From Planctomycetota bacterium (lineage in GTDB: Bacteria; Planctomycetota; MHYJ01; WSZJ01): a stretch of 64,000 nt of DNA. Of this stretch, positions 54,952 through 64,000 are shown piece after piece (within the stretch, counting starts at the first letter, position 1; the number at the start of each line of letters is the position of its first letter). A program made the position numbers and the translations under genes. The DNA lies in NCBI GenBank assembly GCA_038060895.1, contig JBBTCT010000016.1:36020-100019 (forward strand). The letters are read 5' to 3'. The notes below the pieces were generated by a model. The model made no database searches and was not told the origin of the DNA. It was given only the letters and a program-made list of their open reading frames with translations.

Positions 54952-57333
54952 ATGAGCGACACCCTCACTTCTCCGTCCGACATCATCCGCTCGCTCTCCG
55001 CGCCCGGGCTCGATCCGGAGGGCCAGAAGAAGCGCCTCGCCGATCTCGCCCGCACCGTCGCCGCGGACAAGGAGCGGCTGAAGCGCCTGGAGGACTCGCT
55101 TCACCAGCGCGAAGCCGAGATCCATCGCCGCGAGTCCGAGATCTCGAAGAAGGCGTCGCTCACGGCTCAGACCATCGGTAAGGCCGAAGACGCAGCGCTG
55201 GCGCAGCAGCGGGAACTGATCGCGAAAAAGGCGCAGGTGGAGGTGGAGAAGCGCCTGCACGACATGTCGGCAAACAAGGCGCGCGAGGACATCAAGGCGC
55301 ACGCGGGGAAAATCGAGGAGCAGTGGGCGTCGATCGAGCGCGACCGCGGGAAGGTGCAGAAGGCGTACGCGGAACTCGAAGCGGCGCGGGAAACTTATTA
55401 TGCTGACCGGAAGGAGCTTGAGAAGCGCTTCAAGGAGTACCAGGACGGGAACGCGCAGCTCAGGCGGGCCGTCGAGGATCTGAACGTCAAGCAGCACCGG
55501 TACGTGAAGGACCGGGAGGCGTTCGAGGCGGAGGCGGCGTCGCGGCGGGCGGAGCTGGACGCGGCGGAGAAGCGCGAGGCGGCGCGCGAGCAGCGCTTTG
55601 ACGCAGCGCGTCAAGATTTCTCGGGGGCGGCGGAACGGGAGGAACGGCGCTTGGCCCAGGAACGCGAATCGGAGCGGTCGGAGCGCGAGAAGCTCGACGA
55701 GCTCAGGCGGCAGCTTGAGGCCGAGCGGGCGCTGCTTCGCGCCGAGAAGGCGAAGATCGAGGAGGAAAAGCGGCGGCTGGCGGCCGAGCGCGACCAGGGG
55801 GCCATGGCGCGGGAGCGCGCGGAAGCGGACGCGCTGGAGGCGGCGCTGAAGGCGCGGAGCACAGGGAAGCCCGCAGTGCCCGGGACGGCGCCCGCGCCGC
55901 GGCCCGCGGGCGCGGGACCGGTCATCGCTTCGCCTCTCGACGACGGCGCGACGCTGACGCCGCCGCCGATGCCGAAGCCGGGGTTTCAACGCGGGGCCGG
56001 AGGGCTGCCCTCGACCGGTGCGCGGTCGCCGATGACGCCGCGGTTCGGGGCGCCGGCGGCGCAGGGGCGCGGCGGGCCGTCGCCGCGGCATCCTTCGAGC
56101 GCGAATCCTCAGCAGAGAGGGGGAAGCGGCGGGCCCGTGCCGCCGGGAGCGCCGCCGGCGCGGCACCAGTCGTCGGTCAATCCGCATCTGAGCCGGGGAA
56201 GTTCGCCGGTTCCGCCGCGGGCGGCGTCCGGAGTGCGTCCGCTGCCGGTTCCCAGGCCCGTCCTCGAGACGGCGGACGACATTCCCGTCGTTGCGCCGGA
56301 GTCCGCCAAGCCGGTCGCCCCGCCGCCCGTTCCGGCGAAGCCGGCCGGCGCGCGCGACACGCGCACCCTGTCCTACGACGAAGTTCTCGCCTCGCTTGAA
56401 CCGCACGGCAATTCCGTCCCCAAGCTCGCTTCGGACCCCGGGCTTGTCGCGGCCGCACCGCCTCCGGCTCCGCCCGCGGCGAAGGCCGTCGCGGCGCCCC
56501 TTGCCGTGCCGGCGCCGCCGCCGCCGGAAGAGGCCATCGCACCACCGCCTCCTCCGTCGTGGAAACCGGACGATGACGCCGACCTGATGGCGCAGCTTGA
56601 GAAGAGCCTGCAGACCGACGAAGAGAGTTCCGAGGCCGGGGACGCCGCGAAGGCCTTCGAGGCAGAGGCGCGGGCGGCCAGTGCGAAGGCGCCCGAGCAC
56701 GTTCCGCCACCGGCGCCGGTTGCCGCTTCGCCGCCGCCGATGCCTGAGGTCAAGCCCGACGTTCAGATTCCCGCTCCGCCTGCGGCGGAGTCGATTCCGG
56801 TCGTGGCGCCCGTTGCGGAATCGGCCGTCGTGGAGAACGCCGCCGCCGCTTCCGCGCCGCCTGAACAAGAACCCGCCGAGCAGGCGCTTGACGAGCCCGA
56901 AATCGACGAGGACCTGTGGCGCGCCGTCGCGGACGACGAGCCGGAGGAACTCTCGGAGGAGGCGAATCCCGAGCCTGAAGAAATCGCCCCGGTGGACGAA
57001 GAGCCCGAGGAAATCGAGCCGATGGAAGTGACGCCGATCCAGGACAAGCCGGTCAAGCCCCGTCCTGCGGCTCTTCGTCGCGACCCGGTGACCCGCCGGC
57101 TCGTGCGCGGTCCGACACCGGGGGGAGCCGGCACGCGCCGGGTCCTGCGACGCCCGCCTCCGCCTCCGCCGCAGGCCATGCGGCCGAAGAAGCCCACGTC
57201 CGGCGTGATCGGCATCCGGGTCACGGGTGTCGATGGCGTCGAGGACGCAGAACCAGTTGAAGACGACGAGGAACCGCCGACCGGCCCGCCGCTGAAAGCG
57301 CCTCCCGGCCCAAGGCCGCCTGTCCGCAGGTAG
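54952..57333 (+). CDS. Coiled-coil protein with long Pro/Ala/acidic disordered C-terminus
   Basis: About 290 aa of E/R/A/K heptad-rich sequence, then Pro-rich and acidic low-complexity tracts. Confidence 0.8.
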   Translation: MSDTLTSPSDIIRSLSAPGLDPEGQKKRLADLARTVAADKERLKRLEDSLHQREAEIHRRESEISKKASLTAQTIGKAEDAALAQQRELIAKKAQVEVEKRLHDMSANKAREDIKAHAGKIEEQWASIERDRGKVQKAYAELEAARETYYADRKELEKRFKEYQDGNAQLRRAVEDLNVKQHRYVKDREAFEAEAASRRAELDAAEKREAAREQRFDAARQDFSGAAEREERRLAQERESERSEREKLDELRRQLEAERALLRAEKAKIEEEKRRLAAERDQGAMARERAEADALEAALKARSTGKPAVPGTAPAPRPAGAGPVIASPLDDGATLTPPPMPKPGFQRGAGGLPSTGARSPMTPRFGAPAAQGRGGPSPRHPSSANPQQRGGSGGPVPPGAPPARHQSSVNPHLSRGSSPVPPRAASGVRPLPVPRPVLETADDIPVVAPESAKPVAPPPVPAKPAGARDTRTLSYDEVLASLEPHGNSVPKLASDPGLVAAAPPPAPPAAKAVAAPLAVPAPPPPEEAIAPPPPPSWKPDDDADLMAQLEKSLQTDEESSEAGDAAKAFEAEARAASAKAPEHVPPPAPVAASPPPMPEVKPDVQIPAPPAAESIPVVAPVAESAVVENAAAASAPPEQEPAEQALDEPEIDEDLWRAVADDEPEELSEEANPEPEEIAPVDEEPEEIEPMEVTPIQDKPVKPRPAALRRDPVTRRLVRGPTPGGAGTRRVLRRPPPPPPQAMRPKKPTSGVIGIRVTGVDGVEDAEPVEDDEEPPTGPPLKAPPGPRPPVRR

Positions 57334-57399
57334 CGCACCGGCGGCATTTCACTCCCCCTCATTGCCGCTTCCGTTCCCCCCTGCTATAACGCTTTCCCC

Positions 57400-58131
57400 G
57401 TGAACGAAACCACTCCCGCGATCGAAGCCCAGGGCCTCACCAAGCTCTACCGCGACTACTACGCGATTCGCGACGTGACCTTCAGCGTGCCGCGCGGCCA
57501 GATCGCCGCCTTCCTTGGTCCCAACGGCGCCGGCAAGTCCACGACGATGCGCATCCTCACGGGCTTCATGTCGCCGACGTCCGGGACCGCGCGCATCTGC
57601 GGGTTCGACGTCGCGACCGAACGTCTCAAGGCCGCGGTGAACCTCGGCTATCTGCCCGAAAACGGGCCGCTTTACCTCGAGATGACGCCGCGCGCCCTTC
57701 TGAAGTATTTCGGAAGCGCACGCGGGATGACCACCGAGAAAATCCTGGCGCGCACCGAATTCGTCGTCGACAAGTGCGGGCTCGGCAGCGTCCTGGACAA
57801 GCCGATCCGCAAGCTCTCACGCGGCTACCGGCAGCGCGTCGGCATGGCGCAGGTGATGCTGCACGAGCCGGAAGTGCTGATCATGGACGAACCGACAAGC
57901 GGGCTTGACCCGAACCAGATCCGCGAAGTGCGCAAGACGATCCGGGAATTCGCTTCGACGAAGACGGTCCTGCTCTCGACGCACATCCTGCAGGAGGTCG
58001 AGGCGATGGCCGACCGCGTGATCTTCATCCACGAAGGCCGCATCGTTTTTGATGGGCCGACCGCGGACATGAAGAAGGAGCAGGCCAGCCTGGAAGCGTT
58101 CTTCCATTCCAGGACGGGGGTCCCCGTCTGA
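57400..58131 (+). CDS. ABC transporter ATP-binding protein (GldA-like)
   Basis: GPNGAGKST, LSRGYRQRVG, DEPTSGLDP, STHIL. Confidence 0.93.
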   Translation: MNETTPAIEAQGLTKLYRDYYAIRDVTFSVPRGQIAAFLGPNGAGKSTTMRILTGFMSPTSGTARICGFDVATERLKAAVNLGYLPENGPLYLEMTPRALLKYFGSARGMTTEKILARTEFVVDKCGLGSVLDKPIRKLSRGYRQRVGMAQVMLHEPEVLIMDEPTSGLDPNQIREVRKTIREFASTKTVLLSTHILQEVEAMADRVIFIHEGRIVFDGPTADMKKEQASLEAFFHSRTGVPV

Positions 58132-60842
58132 TGCGCCTGAGCGTCATCTTTGCCGTCCTGCGCCGCGACTTCGTGGGGTATTTCACGAGCCTCACGGGGT
58201 ACGTGTTCATCACGCTCTTCATCGGCATGTGCTCGTTCCTGCAGTTCTGGCAGGACGACTTTTTCAAGAACAACCTCGCGAACCTCGCGATGCTCAACGA
58301 GTTGTACCCGGTGCTGATGCTCTTCATTGTGCCGGCGATCACGATGAGCGCCTGGGCGGACGAACGGCGCCAGGGCGTGGACGAACTGCTCCTGACTCTT
58401 CCGATCACCGATTTCGAGCTCGTGGCTGGCAAATACCTGGGCGCGCTCTCCATCTATACGGTCTCGCTGGGTTTCTCGCTGACGCTCCTGGGGTTCCTCG
58501 CGTGGCTGGGCCGGCCCGACGCGGGGCTGATTTTCGCGAACTACTACGCTTACTGGCTGCTGGGCGCGGCGCTTCTGGCGATCGGGATGGTGGGCTCGGT
58601 GCTGACCGACAACCTCACTGTCGGGTTCATCCTCGGCTCCGTGCTCTGCGCGGTCCCTGTTTTCATCGAGCGCGCCGGGCGGTTGCTGGGCGGAATTCTC
58701 GAAAAGTGGTGCGAGGTGCTCGGCGCGACGCCGAAGTTCGAGGAGATGACCCGCGGCGTCGTCCCGGTTTCGGCGGTCCTGTACTTCATCGTGGTCGCCG
58801 GCGTCTTCTTCTACATTAATCTTGTCCTCGTCGGCCGGCGCCGCTGGCCCTCGCAGTCGTTCAGCGCCGGCGGTTTTGACATCCGGATCTACCCGGCCCA
58901 CCTCGGGCTTCGCGCGGCGGCAGCCCTCATCGCGGGAATCAGCCTGGTCACGCTGATCTCGCGGGCCCACCTGCGCGCGGACTGCACGGCCGAAGGGCTC
59001 CACTCTCTCTCGAAAACAACCCGCGACATCGTCGAGAAGATCGACCCCGGAAACCCCGTCTTCATCCAGGCGTTCGTCAGCCGCAAGGTCCCGCGCTCGT
59101 ACGTCGAGACGCGCGAAAACCTCCTCAATCTTCTCCGCGAGTACGCCGCGATCGGCGGGGATCGCGTCCGCCTCAACATCGTCGAGGCCGAGAAATACAC
59201 GGAATCCGCCCGCGAGGCCGAGGATCGCTTCGGCATCCGGCCCATCCAGCTCACGCAGGAATCCGGCGGCCGCTCCGAAACCACCGACGTCTTCCTCGGG
59301 GTCGCCGTCACGTGCGGCGCCGACGAAGTCGTCACGCCCTTCTTCTTCCGCGGACTCCCGATCGAGTACGAACTCACCCGCTCCATCCGTGTCGCCTCGC
59401 GCCCGGTCAAGGCCGGTACCGCCAGCGCGAAAGGAAACCGCCTGAAGGTCGGCATCCTCGAGACCGACCTGAAGCCGTTCGGCGGCTTCGACATCCAGAC
59501 CATGCAGCAGCAGCCGGTGTGGGAACTGGTGGAGGAGCTGAAGCGCCAGTACGAAGTCGTCAACGTCCCCGTCGGCGGGGGACAGTTTGGTGGCGCGCCG
59601 ACGTCCTTTCCGGACGACCTCGCCGTCCTCATCGCGCTTCAGCCGTCCTCGCTCACCGAGCCGCAGATGAACGAGCTCGCTCTCTGGATCAAACGCGGCA
59701 AGCCGACGCTTCTCCTCGACGATCCGATGCCGTGGTCGTACCAGGGAAGCCCCGCGAGCGAAAAACAGAAGGGCGGCAACAAGAATCCCTTCAACCAGGG
59801 TGGCCAGCAGCCCGAGGCGAAGGGGAACGTGAACGACATCATGATGCTCTGCGGCGTGAGGTGGGACACGTCGGAGATCGCCTGGGACACCTACAACCCG
59901 CATCCGGACTACGCCACGCTCGACCCCGAGTTTATCTTTACGGGCGCAGGGAACGGCGCGAAGTCGGCGTTCAACGCGAACGAGCTGACGACGGCGGGGC
60001 TCCAGGAAATCGTCTCGATCTTCCCGGGATGCGTCGAGCCGCGCGGCACGCCGGGTGTGAACTACATCCCGCTGCTCTCGACGGGCAAGAACTCCGGCAT
60101 CCTGCGCTTCGACGAAATCATGGAGCGGAGCTTCATGGGTTCGCGGATGAAGCCCGACCGCCGCCATGTCCCCGGCGGCCGCGAGCTGACGCTGGCCGCG
60201 CGCTGCTCCGGGACCGTCAACGTCATCTTCGTCGCGGACGTCGATTTCATCTCGCAGGCGTTCTTCAACATCCGCCGCGAGAACCGCGAGACGCTCGAGC
60301 TCGACAACGTCACGTTCTTCCTCAACTGCGTGGACCAGCTCGCGGGCGACGAGTCGTTCATCGAGCTGCGCAAGCGCCGCCGCAAGCACCGCACGCTCGA
60401 CCGGCTCGAAGCGAAGGAACGCCTGTTCGACGAACAGCGTCTCAAGGACGTGAAGAGCGCGACCGACGCCGCCGAGAAGCAGCTCAAGGACGCCAACGAC
60501 CGGCTGAAGGCGGCGGTCGAGGAGATCGACAAGCGCACGGACCTCGACGACGAGACGAAGCGGCAGATGCTGGACATGAAACGGCGCGCCGAGCAGACGC
60601 GCGTGGACGAGGAGTCGAAGCGGATCGCGGACGAGAAGGGGCGGGCGATCGAGAAGGGGCGGGCGTGGGCCAACACGGAAATCAAGGCGATCCAGAAGCG
60701 GATCCGCTGGATGAGCACGCTATTGCCGCCGATCCCGCCGCTCGTGATCGGGCTGATTATCTTTTTCGTCCGGGCCGCGCGGGAGCGCGGACGCGCTCGA
60801 GGGGACCGTTGGGTCGGGGGAAAGTCAGGAGTTGATCCATGA
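58131..60842 (+). CDS. ABC-2 permease fused to GldG-like auxiliary domain
   Basis: PAITMSAWADERRQG..ELLLTLP..GKYLG permease, RADCTAEGLHSLS, IEYELTRSI, C-terminal TM. Confidence 0.88.
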   Translation: MRLSVIFAVLRRDFVGYFTSLTGYVFITLFIGMCSFLQFWQDDFFKNNLANLAMLNELYPVLMLFIVPAITMSAWADERRQGVDELLLTLPITDFELVAGKYLGALSIYTVSLGFSLTLLGFLAWLGRPDAGLIFANYYAYWLLGAALLAIGMVGSVLTDNLTVGFILGSVLCAVPVFIERAGRLLGGILEKWCEVLGATPKFEEMTRGVVPVSAVLYFIVVAGVFFYINLVLVGRRRWPSQSFSAGGFDIRIYPAHLGLRAAAALIAGISLVTLISRAHLRADCTAEGLHSLSKTTRDIVEKIDPGNPVFIQAFVSRKVPRSYVETRENLLNLLREYAAIGGDRVRLNIVEAEKYTESAREAEDRFGIRPIQLTQESGGRSETTDVFLGVAVTCGADEVVTPFFFRGLPIEYELTRSIRVASRPVKAGTASAKGNRLKVGILETDLKPFGGFDIQTMQQQPVWELVEELKRQYEVVNVPVGGGQFGGAPTSFPDDLAVLIALQPSSLTEPQMNELALWIKRGKPTLLLDDPMPWSYQGSPASEKQKGGNKNPFNQGGQQPEAKGNVNDIMMLCGVRWDTSEIAWDTYNPHPDYATLDPEFIFTGAGNGAKSAFNANELTTAGLQEIVSIFPGCVEPRGTPGVNYIPLLSTGKNSGILRFDEIMERSFMGSRMKPDRRHVPGGRELTLAARCSGTVNVIFVADVDFISQAFFNIRRENRETLELDNVTFFLNCVDQLAGDESFIELRKRRRKHRTLDRLEAKERLFDEQRLKDVKSATDAAEKQLKDANDRLKAAVEEIDKRTDLDDETKRQMLDMKRRAEQTRVDEESKRIADEKGRAIEKGRAWANTEIKAIQKRIRWMSTLLPPIPPLVIGLIIFFVRAARERGRARGDRWVGGKSGVDP

Positions 60843-62338
60843 ACGATTTTGCGAAGACAGGGATTGCCGCCGCGGCCGCCGTCGTGCTCGCGTCCGTCGC
60901 TGCGTTCACGGCGCCCGGCGCTGTCAAGTCCGACGTGTTTTCCGAGCAGGGGCAGCCCTTCTTCCCGGAATTCAAAGACCCCCTGGCCGCGACGTCCCTT
61001 CAGGTCGTCGAGTACGACACCACTACCTCCACCCCTGCCATTTTCAAAGTCGAGTTCAAGAGCGGAAAGTGGAAGATTCCGTCGCACCACGATTATCCGG
61101 CAGACGGCAAAGACCGGCTGGCGCGGACGGCGACGAGCCTGCTGGGCGTTCGCAAGGACAAGCTCCAGAGCGTGCGCAAGGAAGACCACGCGGCGTGCGG
61201 CGTGCTGGACCCCGAGGAATCCGGCGGCGACGGAAAGGACCGAGGACGGCGCGTGACGCTGCGCGATGCGGGAGGGGCGGCGCTGGCGGACCTGATCATC
61301 GGGAAAAAGGCGGACGACGACGGGAAGAAGGTTTTCGTGCGCGTCCCCGGCCAGACCCGGGTCTACGCGGTGCGGCTGGATGTTGACCTCTCGACGAAAT
61401 TCGGCGACTGGATCGAGACGGACCTGTCGAAGATCGAGCCGTCCACGGTGTGGCGCATCACGCTCGACAACTACTCGGTCGTGGAAAACGCCGGCATGCT
61501 CCAGCTCACCGAGGAGAAGATCGACACGTTCTCAAAGCCGGGCGAGGAGTGGGCGACCGAAGGCCTCACGGCGGAAGAAGAAGTCGACGTCAAGGTCATC
61601 GGCGACATCACCGGGACAATCGACGACCTCAAAATCCTCGGCGTCCGCCGCAAGTCGGCGGCCATGTCGGCGATCTTCCGCGGCGAAGGCGGCAAGATCA
61701 CGAACGCGGACGTGATGGACCTGAAGGACAAGGGCTTCCTCTGGACCCGCGATGACCTCCTCTCGAAGGAAGGCAACCTGATCATCGAATGCGACGACGG
61801 CGTCGTGTACGAGATCCGCTTCGGGGCCGTCTTCACCGGAACCGGCATCGAAATGGAAGCCGGCGGGGACGGCAAGAAGGAGGAGAAGAAGGACGAGAAG
61901 GACCCCAAGCCGCCGGTCGCCACGGAGTCCCGCTACCTCATGATCGTGGCGCACTTCAACCGGAAGTCCGTCAAGCCCGAGAAGATGGTCGATCCGCCGA
62001 AGTCGCCGTCTCGCGTGAGTTCGCGGCCGTGGAGCGTCTGGCGAATTCAGCAGGAAGAAGAAGAGCGCCGCAAGGAGTTCGACCGCCAGGCGGCCGAGCA
62101 TGCCATCGCAAATGCCGAGGCCGGGAAACGCTTTGACGAACGCGCAAAGGCCGGCGAGAAGCGCGCGAAGCAGCTCGCGGACCGTTTCGGCGACTGGTAC
62201 TACGTGATCGGTGCGGAGGCGTTCGCGAAGCTCCACGTGAAGCGGAGCGACGTGGTGAAGAGCAAGAAGGAGCCGGTGGGACCGAAGGGGCCGCCGGAGG
62301 AAGATCCTGAAAACCACGAAGGTCACGATCACAAGTAA
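60839..62338 (+). CDS. DUF4340-like protein
   Basis: N-terminal TM, W.IPSHHDYPAD, LIIGK, FVRVPGQ..Y, DWIETDL, RFGDWYYVI. Follows the Gld-like ABC genes. Confidence 0.8.
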   Translation: MNDFAKTGIAAAAAVVLASVAAFTAPGAVKSDVFSEQGQPFFPEFKDPLAATSLQVVEYDTTTSTPAIFKVEFKSGKWKIPSHHDYPADGKDRLARTATSLLGVRKDKLQSVRKEDHAACGVLDPEESGGDGKDRGRRVTLRDAGGAALADLIIGKKADDDGKKVFVRVPGQTRVYAVRLDVDLSTKFGDWIETDLSKIEPSTVWRITLDNYSVVENAGMLQLTEEKIDTFSKPGEEWATEGLTAEEEVDVKVIGDITGTIDDLKILGVRRKSAAMSAIFRGEGGKITNADVMDLKDKGFLWTRDDLLSKEGNLIIECDDGVVYEIRFGAVFTGTGIEMEAGGDGKKEEKKDEKDPKPPVATESRYLMIVAHFNRKSVKPEKMVDPPKSPSRVSSRPWSVWRIQQEEEERRKEFDRQAAEHAIANAEAGKRFDERAKAGEKRAKQLADRFGDWYYVIGAEAFAKLHVKRSDVVKSKKEPVGPKGPPEEDPENHEGHDHK

Positions 62339-63395
62339 GCGGCTGCGGGTTGCCGCGGGCGTTCTTCTCGCGGTGGCCGCCGGCTGTTCGCCGGGCTACG
62401 TGCTGCAGCAGGCCGCCGGGCAACTCAAGCTGCTGGCTTCGCGCCGGCCGATCGAGGAGGTCCTCGCCGATCCCGCGACGCCGGCCGGGGCGCGCGAGCG
62501 CCTGATCCTCATCCGCGAGGCGCGTGCGTGGGGCGAGCGCGAGTTCGGGCTCAAGCACACGGATTCGTACGAAAGCTATGTGGATCTCAAGGGCCGTCCG
62601 GTCTCCTGGCTGGTGACGGCGTGTCCGCCCGACTCGCTCAAGCCGGAGTCGTGGTGGTTCCCGGTCGTCGGCCGCGTGCCATACCTCGGCTTCTTCGACC
62701 TCGACGACGCGCGCGCCGAAAAGGAAGCCCTGGAGGCGAAGGGACTCGACGTCAATGTCCGCTCGGTCCCGGCGTACAGCACGCTGGGGTGGTTCTCCGA
62801 CCCGGTTTTTTCCACCTTCGTACAGTGGCCCGTGCACACGGCGGTCGACACCATCTTCCACGAGACGACGCACGCCACCGTGTGGATCCCCGGCAGCGTT
62901 TCGACCAACGAAGCCCTGGCCGACGTCGTCGGAGAACAGGGCGCCCGGAAATTCCTCGCCGTGCGCTTCGGACCGGACTCGCCGGAACTCGCCGCCTTCG
63001 AGTCGTCCCAGTCGGAAAGCAACCGTTTCCACGTCTTCGCCCTCGAGCTGAATGCCGCGCTGAAGGAGGCCTACGCTCTCGACCTTCCCCGCGCGGAGAA
63101 GCTCGAAATGAAGGCCGCGATCCTGCGCCGGGGCCGTGAGCGCTTCCGCACCTTTCGCGACCGCTTCACCAGCCGTTACTACCGCGAGTTCGACCGGCTC
63201 GAATGGAACAATGCGCTCATCGCTTCGATCGCGGTGTACCGGGAAGAGGAAGCGACGTGGCGGGCTCTTTTCGACCTGAAGGGAGGCGACCTGCGTGCGT
63301 TTCTCGACGCGGCCAAAGCGATCGCAGCGGCCCCCGACCCGGAGGCGGCCCTGAAAATTGCGACCGGGCGCGCCGAACAAATCGTTCCGCGTTGA
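62307..63395 (+). CDS. Putative zinc aminopeptidase lipoprotein (start codon uncertain)
   Basis: GYVLQQAAGQ, WWFPVVGRVPYLGFF, AYSTLGWFSDP, FHETTH, NEALA. Lipobox AAGC. Confidence 0.85.
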   Translation: MKTTKVTITSKRLRVAAGVLLAVAAGCSPGYVLQQAAGQLKLLASRRPIEEVLADPATPAGARERLILIREARAWGEREFGLKHTDSYESYVDLKGRPVSWLVTACPPDSLKPESWWFPVVGRVPYLGFFDLDDARAEKEALEAKGLDVNVRSVPAYSTLGWFSDPVFSTFVQWPVHTAVDTIFHETTHATVWIPGSVSTNEALADVVGEQGARKFLAVRFGPDSPELAAFESSQSESNRFHVFALELNAALKEAYALDLPRAEKLEMKAAILRRGRERFRTFRDRFTSRYYREFDRLEWNNALIASIAVYREEEATWRALFDLKGGDLRAFLDAAKAIAAAPDPEAALKIATGRAEQIVPR

Positions 63396-63450
63396 TTTCG
63401 CGTGTTGCGACCTGCGCGAGCAATTCCCGGAATCAAGGCGTGTCGAACCA

Positions 63451-64000
63451 CTACCCGGGCTTCCGGCCCACCTGCACGCCTGTCATTCCTCCGTCCCCGG
63501 TTGGTCTCTTCCAGACCTGCGTCTGCACGCGTTTGTCCATGTCGCCCAGCGACTCGACGAACGCGGGAGGAATCGTCTTGCGGAAGTACCACGCCAGCAC
63601 GAAACCTGCGGACAGGAGGAGGATCAGCAGCACCGGGTAGCTCCAGACCCACTCCAGCTCTGGCATGTGCTTGAAGTTCATGCCGTAGACGCCGGTGATG
63701 AGCGTCAGCGGCATGAAGATCGTGGTGAAGCGGGTCAGTTTTTCCATCACCCGGTTCATTCTGTTCGAAATTTCCGCGAGCCGGTTCGCGCCCATGGCGG
63801 CGTGTCCCTCGAACGCGCTCGTCAGCAGTTCGCGGTGAATGTCGAGTTCCGTGAGAATCCAGTAGAGCTCGTCATGGGTCCCGCGCAGATGAAGGGCGGT
63901 CGCTCCGCCAGCGAGCCTGAATTCCTCCTTCGCGAGCCGGTGGATCACCTCGCGTTGCGGGACGAGGGTGCGTCGAAGAGCCACGACGGTGCGCCGGAGG
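63451..64000 (-). CDS. corA: CorA-family Mg2+/Co2+ transporter, 5'-partial
   Basis: MNRVMEKLT, FMPLTLITGVYGMNF signature, MPELEW, two TM helices. Confidence 0.93.
   Translation of the reverse strand, partial: LRRTVVALRRTLVPQREVIHRLAKEEFRLAGGATALHLRGTHDELYWILTELDIHRELLTSAFEGHAAMGANRLAEISNRMNRVMEKLTRFTTIFMPLTLITGVYGMNFKHMPELEWVWSYPVLLILLLSAGFVLAWYFRKTIPPAFVESLGDMDKRVQTQVWKRPTGDGGMTGVQVGRKPG

Noticed and set aside
57400-62338. Gliding-motility machinery
   Set aside because: GldA/F/G-like ABC systems with DUF4340 are widespread in non-gliding bacteria, and no other gld/spr genes are present.

Overview
High-GC bacterial chromosomal window. Gene content (many ECF sigma factors with C-terminal extensions, a Ser/Thr kinase with FG-GAP/TPR repeats, a Gld-like ABC system, a DUF1559-like protein) suggests a Planctomycetota/PVC-type organism, but that assignment is inference. 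There are about 50 genes. They include an RHH-MazF/PemK toxin-antitoxin pair, NDH-2 plus a methyltransferase, oligoendopeptidase F, an ECF/FecR module, a radical SAM/SPASM protein, a sigma54-controlled persulfide/sulfur cluster (MBL-rhodanese plus two YeeE/YedE-type proteins), ettA, ppa, xylA-X-xylB, a STAND adenylate cyclase, initiator tRNA-Met and a partial corA. I see no CRISPR array, integrase, transposase or prophage. The most unusual element is a tandem array of three paralogous ECF sigma factor-membrane-sensor genes (15638-21425). They share an unrecognised extracytoplasmic domain, differ by modular gain or loss of a helical domain and a PDZ domain, and each is preceded by the same CGGCGTCGT motif about 30 nt before the start. 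The third copy has lost sigma region 4 and the TM segment. Also notable: a duplicated ECF-type promoter (TGTTAAC-N16/17-CGTCT), a complete sigma54 promoter/enhancer architecture, and several families of palindromic or tandem repeats, one of them translated inside a gene. All family assignments come from motif recognition by eye, not from database searches.
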